A stretch of DNA of 64,000 nt from the NCBI GenBank assembly GCA_963796055.1, contig CAWCKH010000004.1:1312001-1376000 (forward strand), written 5' to 3'. The position numbers and the translations under genes were made by a program. Under the pieces are notes generated by a model. It was not told the origin of the DNA and made no database searches. It saw only the letters and a program-made list of their open reading frames with translations. Positions 54,355 to 64,000 of this stretch are shown here, in pieces (position 1 is the stretch's first letter; each line of letters starts with the position of its first letter). The DNA comes from an uncultured delta proteobacterium. GTDB taxonomy: Bacteria > Myxococcota > Myxococcia > Myxococcales > Myxococcaceae.

Positions 54355-54407
54355 CGAGGTGCCAGACACCTCGTTACGGGACACCTCGTTACGGACACCT
54401 CGTTACG
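54355..54407. repeat. CGAGGTGCCAGACACCTCG palindrome plus tandem GACACCTCGTTACG x3
   Basis: Units at 54365, 54380 and 54394, between convergent genes. Confidence 0.9.
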
Positions 54408-54422
54408 CGCGCTCGGGCCGGT

Positions 54423-55433
54423 TCAGGCGCGGACGGCCAGGGTCACGGCGAAGTCGTCGGCGCTGTCCGTCCAGCGGGCTTCCGTCGACATTCCGGCGGC
54501 CTCGAGCTCCCGGTCGATCTGCGTCCGGGTGAACTTGGCGCTGATCTCGGTGCGCATCAGCTCGCCTTCGCCGAACTCCACCCGGAGGTCGAGGTCCCGC
54601 ACGGTGACCGTCTGCCGCACCGTGGACCGGAGCAGCATCTCGATCCACCCTTGCCGTGCGTCGTAGCGGGCCAGGTGCTCGAAGCGATCGAGGTCGAAGT
54701 CTGCGCGGAGCTCGGTGTTCAACACCGAGAGCACGTTCTTGTTGAACTCCGCCGTCACCCCCTGCGCGTCGTTGTACGCCGCTTCGAGGCGGGGGATGTC
54801 CTTCACCAGATCGGTGCCGAGGAGGAACGCGTCGCCCGGGGTCAGCTGCCCGGCGATGTCGCCGAGGAAGCGCGCCCGGGGCGGCGGCGCGAGATTGCCG
54901 ATGGTCCCCCCGAGGAAGGCGATCAGCCGGCGCCCTCCGCCCGGAAGCAGCGGGACGTGGCGCTCGAAGTCCCCGACCACCGCGTGCACCGCCAGCGAGG
55001 GAAACTCGTGCGCGATCCGCAGCGCCGACCCGCGGAGTGTCACCGCGTCCACGTCGAAAGGGACGAAGCGCCGGAGCGAGCCCGCCGCCGAGAGCGCCTG
55101 GAGCAACAGCCGCGTCTTGTCCGACGTTCCGCTGCCCAGCTCGACCAGCGTGTCCGCGCCCGCCCGCGCGGCGATCTCCGCGGCCCGGGCGGCGAGGATC
55201 TCCCGCTCGCGACGCGTGGGGTAGTACTCGGGCAGCCGGGTGATGGCGTCGAAGAGCCTCGACCCGTGCGCGTCATAGAAGTACTTCGGGGGAAGCTCGC
55301 GCGGCCGGTGGGACAGCCCGTATCGCACGTCGTGCTCGAGCGCCCGCCGCAGGTCGCGGGGCCCGAGCAGCACGTCCCAGGTCACCCGCGGATGCGGCCG
55401 CCAGTCGAGCGCGGGGTGGTCGACGACGTGCAT
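54423..55433 (-). CDS. egtD: L-histidine N-alpha-methyltransferase EgtD
   Basis: LPPKYFYD..GS.LF, LPEYYPTR, ELGSG...KT, GGTIGN, AYNDAQGVTAEFN, TEISAKF. Confidence 0.96.
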   Translation of the reverse strand: MHVVDHPALDWRPHPRVTWDVLLGPRDLRRALEHDVRYGLSHRPRELPPKYFYDAHGSRLFDAITRLPEYYPTRREREILAARAAEIAARAGADTLVELGSGTSDKTRLLLQALSAAGSLRRFVPFDVDAVTLRGSALRIAHEFPSLAVHAVVGDFERHVPLLPGGGRRLIAFLGGTIGNLAPPPRARFLGDIAGQLTPGDAFLLGTDLVKDIPRLEAAYNDAQGVTAEFNKNVLSVLNTELRADFDLDRFEHLARYDARQGWIEMLLRSTVRQTVTVRDLDLRVEFGEGELMRTEISAKFTRTQIDRELEAAGMSTEARWTDSADDFAVTLAVRA

Positions 55434-55458
55434 GTCGGCTCCAAAGTCGTGGGCCCGC

Positions 55459-56780
55459 TCAGGCGTCCCGAGCGCACCGAAAGCCGGCGAAGATCTGTCG
55501 CCGGATGGGGTAGTCCCAGTTCCGGAAGGTGTTCCTCACTGCGTCCGGCGCGACGGCCCAGGATCCACCGCGCAGAACCTTGTACTCGGGGCCAAAGAAG
55601 ACCGCCGAATACTCCGGGTACGGAAAGGCGCGAAACCCCGGATACGGCTGGAAATCCGAGGCCGTCCACTCCCAGACGTCTCCGAGGAGCTGCTCGACCC
55701 CCCAGCCGCTCGCCCCCGCCGGGAACGCGCCCGCGCGGGCGGGATGCCCCCCACCGGCCAGAGGTTCGCGTGCGTGCTGTCCGGTGGTGCGCTTCCCCAC
55801 GGGAAGCGTCGAACCATGCCGTCGGGTGTCCCTGCGGCGGCCTTCTCCCACTCGGCCTCGGTCGGCAGCCGCCGCCCCGCCCAGCGGGCGTACGCATCTG
55901 CCTCGTACCAGCAGACGTGGCATACGGGCTCGTCCAGGCGAAGCGGCTCCCAGGTCCCGAACCGCCGTCGCTCCCATGCCTCTCCGACGCGTCGCCAGTA
56001 GAGCGGGTGCGCGAGTTCCTCGCTCTCGCGGAACGTCCATCCCGGCTCGGACCAGTGCGCGCGGTTCGCGTAGCCCCCGTCGTCCATGAAGGCCAGGAAC
56101 TGGCGGTTGGTGACGGGAAAGCGGTCGATGAGGAACGCGGGCACCTCCATCTTGTGCCGCGGCCGCTCGTTGTCGTAGGCCCATGCCTCGTCGCTTCCCA
56201 TCCCGAAGGGCCCGCTGCGGACGAGCACCTCACGCGGGAGCACCGCCCGAGTCGAGGACGGGACCTCGCACGGCAGCGGAGCCAGCGCCGTGGAGGTGAC
56301 GAGCTGGAGCGTGGCCACCAGGGTCTCGATGTGTTGCTGCTCGTGCTGGGCGACCATCCCGTAGACGAAGCCACCGTCCAGCAGCGCACCGATGCGCACC
56401 ACGGTCTCCTCGTCGACCGCGTCGAGCCGGCGGAGCACGCGGGCCCGGACCCGCTCGGCGTAGGCGAACGCCTCTTCCACCCCGAGCAGGGGCAAGGCCG
56501 CGCGGGTGGGCCTCGGATTGCGGAACGCGTCGTACAGCCGGTCCGTCTCCGGGCCGGTGAGGCCTGGCTCGCCGAGCGCCCGCAGCAGCCACTGCTCCTC
56601 GTAGTTCGCCACATGCGCCACGTCCCACACCGGCGGCGACATGAGCGTGGAGTGCTGCGCGGCCAGCACCCCGGCGGGAACCCGGCCGACCAGGTCCAGC
56701 AGACGACGGCGAGCGGTTCCGAGCGCCTCGTGCGCGCGGGTCTTCCAGGCGAGGGTCCCCCCGAACTCGCGCGCGTCCAT
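55459..56780 (-). pseudogene. egtB: Ergothioneine sulfoxide synthase EgtB, frameshifted at a G6 run (~55750)
   Basis: MSP..WD..H and QHEQQHIET in one frame, GDVWEW, VLRGGSW and [16 protein letters not shown] in the next; may be an assembly error. Confidence 0.85.
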
Positions 56781-56838
56781 GGACCGTGTCATTCCTCGGG
56801 AGGCAGCCCGGCGCAACCCCCGGGCGTACCCTGATCGC

Positions 56839-57690
56839 ATGGCGAACATCCGCACTCCGGACCCGGGGCTCAAGCTCGATCTCGCCGGAACGACGACGTA
56901 CGGCGACTACTTGCGGCTGGACAAGCTGCTCTCGGCCCAGGAGCCGCGGAGCCAGCCCGAGCACCACGACGAGCTGCTGTTCATCATCCAGCACCAGACG
57001 TCCGAGCTCTGGATGAAGCTGCTCATCCACGAGCTCACCGCGGCGCGCGCCCTGGTCCGGGAGGACCGGCTCGAGCCGGCGTTCAAGATCCTCGCCCGGG
57101 CCGGGCAGATCCAGCGCATGCTCTTCGAGCAGTGGAGCGTGCTCGAGACGCTCACCCCCTCGGAATACCTGGAATTTCGCTCGGTCCTGGGACCGGCGAG
57201 CGGGTTCCAGTCGGCCCAGTACCGAGCGCTCGAGTTCCTGCTCGGCAACAAGGAGGCCACCGCGCTCCTGGTCCACCGCCAGAGCCCCGAGGTGCATGCC
57301 TGGCTGGAGCGCTACCTCCACGAGCCGAGCCTGTACGACGAGTTCCTGCGCCACCTCGCTCGACGGGGTCTGCCGGTGCCACCGGAGCGGCTGGATCGAG
57401 ACTTCTCCGGGCCTTACGAGCCTCACCCCGGGGTGGTGGCTGTCTTCCGGACCGTCTACGCGGACCCCGAACGGTGGTGGGACGGATACGAGATGGCCGA
57501 GAAGCTGGTGGACGTGGAGGAGCGATTCCAGCTCTGGCGGTTCCGACACATGATGACGGTGCACCGCATCATCGGCTTCAAGCCCGGGACGGGCGGGAGC
57601 TCGGGCGTACCCTTCCTCAAGCGGGCGCTGGACGTCCGCTTCTTTCCTGAACTGTGGGACGTCCGAACCGAGCTGGAGCCCCCGCGCTGA
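56839..57690 (+). CDS. kynA: Tryptophan 2,3-dioxygenase
   Basis: [50 protein letters not shown]. Confidence 0.96.
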   Translation: MANIRTPDPGLKLDLAGTTTYGDYLRLDKLLSAQEPRSQPEHHDELLFIIQHQTSELWMKLLIHELTAARALVREDRLEPAFKILARAGQIQRMLFEQWSVLETLTPSEYLEFRSVLGPASGFQSAQYRALEFLLGNKEATALLVHRQSPEVHAWLERYLHEPSLYDEFLRHLARRGLPVPPERLDRDFSGPYEPHPGVVAVFRTVYADPERWWDGYEMAEKLVDVEERFQLWRFRHMMTVHRIIGFKPGTGGSSGVPFLKRALDVRFFPELWDVRTELEPPR

Positions 57691-57760
57691 TCCCCCGAAC
57701 GTCCGCCATCGCGCATACACTGGATCCCTCACCCGAGCCCCGTGCTCCCTGGGGGTGCCC

Positions 57761-58384
57761 TTGGACGCACCGACGTATGCGGAGTCGGAGCTGATCATGA
57801 ACCGTGCTCCCGTGTTGCTGTCGGGCGGCGCGGTGCCGGACCGGGCCGCGTGGGCCCAGGAAGCCGCGGAGATCGGCGGAAGGCCCCTGGTGACGGTGAC
57901 CCGGCCCGAACAGCTCGGTTCCGCGCTCATGATGCGGAGCGCGGTGCTCTTCGTCCCGGACGTGCTGGCGCTCGGGGACGCCGGTCAGCAGCTGCTGGTG
58001 CGGACGCTGACCTCGCTCGATGAGCGCCCCAAGCTGGTGCTGGGGCTGAACCGCTCGGAGGCGAGCGCGCGCCAGGCGGGCGTTCTTCGAGAGGACCTTC
58101 ACTACCGGGTCCGGATGGGCCTGCTGAACCTCGACGTGCCCGGGATGCGAGAGGCCATCGCCACCCGCCGCGCACAGGCGGCGCGCCGTGCCGCGATGTC
58201 ACCCCCCCGCCCGTCGACGGTCGCTGCCCGTCCCGCTCCATCCAGTCCCAAGGCGAAGCCACGTCCCACCCAGCGAAGCCGGGCCGCCCCGCGGGTGAAG
58301 TCCGCCCGCACCGCGAAGCCGGCGAAGAAGGCCAGGCCCACCAAGAAGATCAGGCCGGCGAAGAAGGGTTCCAAGCGGCGGTGA
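57761..58384 (+). CDS. Degenerate sigma54-activator-like fragment with Lys/Pro/Ala-rich basic tail
   Basis: AGVLREDLHYR resembles bEBP FREDLYYRL; tail AKPAKKARPTKK...; start uncertain. Confidence 0.65.
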   Translation: MDAPTYAESELIMNRAPVLLSGGAVPDRAAWAQEAAEIGGRPLVTVTRPEQLGSALMMRSAVLFVPDVLALGDAGQQLLVRTLTSLDERPKLVLGLNRSEASARQAGVLREDLHYRVRMGLLNLDVPGMREAIATRRAQAARRAAMSPPRPSTVAARPAPSSPKAKPRPTQRSRAAPRVKSARTAKPAKKARPTKKIRPAKKGSKRR

Positions 58385-58740
58385 GCGCGCACGAGGGTGC
58401 CGCCCCCCGGCTGCTCCTTCCAGGCGCCAGGACCTGCGCGGGTGGTCGAGCCCCTCGCGCCAGCGGTCGCGTCTGCGGCTCAGGCGCCCGGTCGATTGGC
58501 GAGGCCTCGCGCGTCCGTCACCAGCCCCTCGACCGCCTCGGCGTCGTTCGAATCGTAGTCACCATGGATCCGTCCCCGGCTCGGGCGAGCAATGGAGGCG
58601 ACGGCGGGGCGTGCGTCCATGACGATGAGCGGCGCCAGTGCTAATTCGCGCCGCGGAGGACTTCATCCGATGCACCGGGAGTCGATGCGCAACCGACGGC
58701 ACGTGCCGCGCTCGGCGTCCTGCCCTGGGGCCCGGGGGCG

Positions 58741-59199
58741 ATGCGCCGGGCGCTGAGGAGCGGACCTCGCCGGGAGGTGGTGCTCGCCACGGCCTGGGCG
58801 GTGCTCTTCGCGCTGCTCTTGGCGCTGCGGGTGGTTTTCCAGCGCGCGGACGGCTCGCCGACGGATCCGCAGGGGTGGCTGCAGGTGGGGGCCATGGTCC
58901 TGCTGATGCTGCTGGTTCTCGCCGCAGCGCTGGGGAGCCGCGCACCGGTGGTGGGCCGCGTGGTGCTGCGTGTGGAGCAGGCGGCGGCGTTCGTCGCCAT
59001 CACCCGGCTGCTCGGGCTGGGTTCCCATCCGGACCCGGGACGGGCCGAGCAGGTTCTCATCGCGCTGCTCGGGGTTCATGCGGTGGGGGCCATCGTCGTC
59101 TCGGATGAGCTCTCCACCGGGTCTCCCCCCTGGCGCATGGGGCTCTGGGCCCTGGCCCTCAGCTTCGGGGTGCTGACCATCAGTCTGCTTGCACGATGA
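58741..59199 (+). CDS. Hypothetical membrane protein
   Basis: About five hydrophobic segments. Confidence 0.65.
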   Translation: MRRALRSGPRREVVLATAWAVLFALLLALRVVFQRADGSPTDPQGWLQVGAMVLLMLLVLAAALGSRAPVVGRVVLRVEQAAAFVAITRLLGLGSHPDPGRAEQVLIALLGVHAVGAIVVSDELSTGSPPWRMGLWALALSFGVLTISLLAR

Positions 59200-59318
59200 T
59201 CCACGGGATGGCGTTCTGCGCCCTGTGACCTACACTCCTGACGCGCTGCGCGGTTGATGTTGACTTGAGGTGCCCTGGGCAGCAAAAGCTCGCGCGGAGG
59301 TCGCAAGGGGAGTCGCGC

Positions 59319-59972
59319 ATGAAGCTCGAGTACAACCGCCACGCCCGGACCCGGCTGTTCGAGAACGATTTCCTGGAGTTCACCTCGAACATCCACCCGG
59401 CAGTCCCGTTCGTGGTCTACATCCCGGTGGTGATCGGCCTGCTGGGCTGGGGACTCGTCCACGGGCTGACCACCTGGGGCGCGGTGGCGGTGTGCTTCCC
59501 GCTGGGCTGGGTGGCGTGGGACCTGGCCGAGTACGGCATCCACCGGTGGTGGTTCCACTGGGAGGGCAACGGCCCGTTCACCCGGAAGCTTCACGAGATC
59601 ATCCACGGCTACCACCACAAGTACCCGGACGACCCGCTGCGCCTGGTGATGCCGCTGGGGGCGAGCATCCCGCTGGCGATGCTCATCGGCGGCGCGCTGT
59701 ACCTGGCCGGCGCCCCGGCAGTGACCATTCCCGGTTTCGCCGGCTTCGTCTCCGGCTACCTGTTCTACGACTTCACCCACTGGTCGACGCACGCCCGCTC
59801 GCCGCTCACGCCGTGGGGCAAGGCGATCCGCGGCCACCACATGGCGCACCACTTCGCCGACCCCACCAGGAACTTCGGGATCAGCCACCGGTGGATCGAC
59901 GCGGTGGTGGGGACGCTCCGTCGCCGCGACCAGAGCGAGACGGAACCGTCGGCGCCGCGCGAGCCGGCGTAG
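59319..59972 (+). CDS. Fatty acid hydroxylase / sterol desaturase family (FA2H-like)
   Basis: EY.IHRWWFH, HGYHHKYP.D.LRLVMP, YD.TH...H, HHMAHHF, NFGIS. Confidence 0.93.
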   Translation: MKLEYNRHARTRLFENDFLEFTSNIHPAVPFVVYIPVVIGLLGWGLVHGLTTWGAVAVCFPLGWVAWDLAEYGIHRWWFHWEGNGPFTRKLHEIIHGYHHKYPDDPLRLVMPLGASIPLAMLIGGALYLAGAPAVTIPGFAGFVSGYLFYDFTHWSTHARSPLTPWGKAIRGHHMAHHFADPTRNFGISHRWIDAVVGTLRRRDQSETEPSAPREPA

Positions 59973-60023
59973 CACTGCTCGGACCCGAGGAGGTGAGGGT
60001 CTGGCTCCGGCGCGGAGCCGTGG

Positions 60024-60548
60024 TCATCCCTGTTGCTCGGGGTGCCGCGCATACAGCCGCTGGTCGGTGATGCGGCCTTCCTTGATCGCCGAGCGGCGGA
60101 GCGTCGCCTCGAGCGTGAACCCAGCCTTCTCCAGCGCGCGGCAGGAGGCCGTGTTCTGCGCAAAGGGCAGCGCGAAGATGCGCGTCAGCGAGAACCGCTC
60201 GAAGGAATCGTCGGTGAACGCCCGGATGGCCTCGCTCATCACTCCCCGACCCCGGAACGGTGCGCCCAGCCAGTAGCCCAGCTCGGCCGAGACGCGCTCG
60301 ACGTCCGCGCCGAGCTTGAGCCCGATGCTCCCCGCCGCCTGGGCGTCGACGACGATCGCCAGGTGGCACCCGGGCGGCTGCCGCAGGGTGTGCTCGATGA
60401 AACCCAGCGCGTGCTCGAGGGTGTACGGGTGCGGGAAGGCATCGCGCAGGTTCCGCCAGACCGTCACGTCGTTGGCGAAGCGCGCGAGAGACGGTGCGTC
60501 CTCGGCGACGAATGGCCGCAGCTCGCAGCGCTCGAGCACCCGCCGCAT
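60024..60548 (-). CDS. RimJ/RimL-type GNAT acetyltransferase
   Basis: FPHPYT, AELGYWLG..FRGRG, N.AS.RALEKAGF. Confidence 0.92.
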   Translation of the reverse strand: MRRVLERCELRPFVAEDAPSLARFANDVTVWRNLRDAFPHPYTLEHALGFIEHTLRQPPGCHLAIVVDAQAAGSIGLKLGADVERVSAELGYWLGAPFRGRGVMSEAIRAFTDDSFERFSLTRIFALPFAQNTASCRALEKAGFTLEATLRRSAIKEGRITDQRLYARHPEQQG

Positions 60549-60625
60549 TCCGCACACTGTAGCGTCGCGCCGGGGTCTCCGCTGCCGCGGGCCCGCCTCG
60601 AGCAGTCGCCCTTCGACCTCCGGCG

Positions 60626-62170
<1,545 letters not shown>

Positions 62171-62281
62171 GGGCGCCGCGGGCTCTACCATCGGGCACGG
62201 GCGCTCGCAACGCTCGTGCGGGCGCCGTCAAGGCGTCCTGATGGGCTCCCCCGTATCGCCCTGCTCTGCCGGCCCGGCTCG

Positions 62282-64000
62282 CTACCTGGGCAGGGTCAGG
62301 CGGACCGAGAAGTTGTACCCGACCGAGACCGGGTGGCCCTGGTAGGTGACGGGCTGGAACCGCTGGGACTGCAGGTGCTCGACCACCGCCTCGTCCATGA
62401 AGGGCAGCGGCTTGATGACCTTGCAGCGCTCGACGCCACCCTCGGCGGTGATCACGCAGCGGACGATGCTCACCCCCTCGACCCGGGCGGCCAGCGCCTC
62501 GCGGGTATAGGTGATGGGCCGGCCGCCCTGGATCAGCACCGGCCGGGTCATCCCCTCGCCGAAGGGCACCACCTCCCGTGGAGCGTCCGGTACCGGCGCG
62601 GGGGCCGGCGCGGGCTTGGGCGGGGTCGCGCCCAGCGAGGCAGGTTGCGGCGCCGGCTGGGCGGTTGCACCCCGGGCCACGGCCGCGACGGCCTCGGGCC
62701 GGACCGGGACTGGCGCGGCCTTCCCCTCGTCGCGCTCCCGCTCTTCCTCGCGCTTGCTGAGCGGGACCGGCTTCTCCACCCGCATCACCACCTTCTTCTG
62801 GAGCCGGGCGTTCACCGCCACGTCGCCCGAGCCACCCGAGGTGATGGCCTGGGTCGGGTAACCGTCCAGGACCAGCACCATCTCGGCGTTGGCCATCCCG
62901 TCGGCCCCCGCCGGCAACTCGAAGACGGTGGGCGTCGTGCCCATGTCGTGACGGCCGATGAAGACGTGCGCCCCCGCCGGCTCGGTGGAGACGTGGAAAC
63001 GGACCATCTTCTTCTCTACCGGCTGCGGCTCTGCCGGCCTGGGTGGGGCCACCACCACCGGCGCCGGAGCGGGCGTGGGCTGCACAGGGGGCGTGACGAC
63101 GACCTGTGCCTGCTCGCCCTTGGGCAGGAGCAGCCAGACAACGACGAAGCCGAGCAGCACCGCGGTGACGAAGAGGAGCGCCGGAAGCAGCTTGCCCCCC
63201 TTCCTCGGCTCGTCGCCGACGTCCTCGATCTCGATCTCCCGCTCCACCTGGGCCCGCGGGGCGGTGACCGGGCCCGAGATGCTGCGGGCGTGGAACCCGG
63301 AGGTGGACATCGGGCCCGACCCGGTGCGGGCGTGGAGTCCGGAGGTGGAGATCGGACCGGAGCCGGTCGTGGTCCTCCGGTCGGGGAAGATGCCGGCCAT
63401 CCCGGTGAGGTGAGCGGTCTCGCGGAGCGCCTCGAGCACCTCGTCCATCGACTGGTAGCGGGCCGCGGCATCCTTCTGGAGGCAGCGGGCCACCACCGCC
63501 TCGACCTCGGGCGGCACCTCGGCGGACTGGTTCACCTCGCGCACCGGGCGAGGCGCCTCCTTCATGTGCTGGAAGATGACCTCGAGGTAGTCCTTGCCCT
63601 GGAAGGGCGGGCGGCCGGAGAGCATCTGGTAGACGAGGATGCCCAGCGAGTAGACGTCGCTCCGCGGGTCCGCCACGTTCCGGGCCTGCTCGGGGGCCAT
63701 GTACTGCGGGCTACCGAGGAAGACCCCGTTCTGGGTGACCTCGGGATCCCCGTTCTGGCCGTCGGTGGCGAGGAAGGACTTCACCAGCCCGAAGTCGAGG
63801 ACCTTGACCATGTCGTGATCGGCCTCGTTGAGCAGCATCACATTCGCCGGCTTGAGGTCGCGGTGGATGACGCCCAGCTTGTGGGCCTCACGCAGCGAGC
63901 GGCAGATCTGCTGGGCGATGTCGAGGACCCGGCGCCAGGGAAGGGTCTTCTCGTGCGCCAGAACCTCGGCCAGCGTCTGGCCTTCCATGTACTCCATGGC
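62282..64000 (-). CDS. Ser/Thr protein kinase with TM, PEGA-like and TonB C-terminal domains (5' end off window)
   Basis: HRDLKPAN, DFG, YMAPEQ, SDVYSLG; C-terminus YTREA..ARVEG..IVRCVI...G.V and F.P....G.PV. Confidence 0.92.
   Translation of the reverse strand, partial: AMEYMEGQTLAEVLAHEKTLPWRRVLDIAQQICRSLREAHKLGVIHRDLKPANVMLLNEADHDMVKVLDFGLVKSFLATDGQNGDPEVTQNGVFLGSPQYMAPEQARNVADPRSDVYSLGILVYQMLSGRPPFQGKDYLEVIFQHMKEAPRPVREVNQSAEVPPEVEAVVARCLQKDAAARYQSMDEVLEALRETAHLTGMAGIFPDRRTTTGSGPISTSGLHARTGSGPMSTSGFHARSISGPVTAPRAQVEREIEIEDVGDEPRKGGKLLPALLFVTAVLLGFVVVWLLLPKGEQAQVVVTPPVQPTPAPAPVVVAPPRPAEPQPVEKKMVRFHVSTEPAGAHVFIGRHDMGTTPTVFELPAGADGMANAEMVLVLDGYPTQAITSGGSGDVAVNARLQKKVVMRVEKPVPLSKREEERERDEGKAAPVPVRPEAVAAVARGATAQPAPQPASLGATPPKPAPAPAPVPDAPREVVPFGEGMTRPVLIQGGRPITYTREALAARVEGVSIVRCVITAEGGVERCKVIKPLPFMDEAVVEHLQSQRFQPVTYQGHPVSVGYNFSVRLTLPR

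Noticed and set aside
55459..56780. Selenoneine synthase SenA
   Set aside because: The gene is adjacent to egtD, and no senB glycosyltransferase or selenophosphate synthetase is nearby.

Overview
High-GC window from a Myxococcales-type (Myxococcota) chromosome that spans the replication origin. It holds gyrB-recF-dnaN, a probable oriC, dnaA, rpmH-rnpA-yidD-yidC-jag-like, rsmG, a parS site, parA-parB and a BacM-like bactofilin. The flanks carry housekeeping and accessory genes: ychF, a stand-alone Fo operon, hemL, ileS-lspA-lgt, tRNA-Gln, egtB/egtD, kynA, an isolated atpA and a TonB-tailed Ser/Thr kinase. I found no prophage, transposase, CRISPR array or defence system. The most unusual signals are non-coding. 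(i) A ~80-bp element starts exactly at the stop codon of both genes that interrupt the conserved origin gene order, and is amplified into a hierarchical 108-bp tandem array at 50.2-50.5 kb. (ii) A palindromic CGAGGTGCCAGACACCTCG repeat occurs at two loci 45 kb apart. (iii) The dnaA-dnaN interval carries a cytochrome c lipoprotein with a Fur-box-like site and a gene remnant on either side of oriC. (iv) A second DnaA-box-like cluster lies next to parS. Also noted: a probable CTG start coupled to the gyrB stop, a frameshifted egtB, and several degenerate (pseudo-)enzymes. All calls come from visual reading and recalled family motifs; no searches were run.
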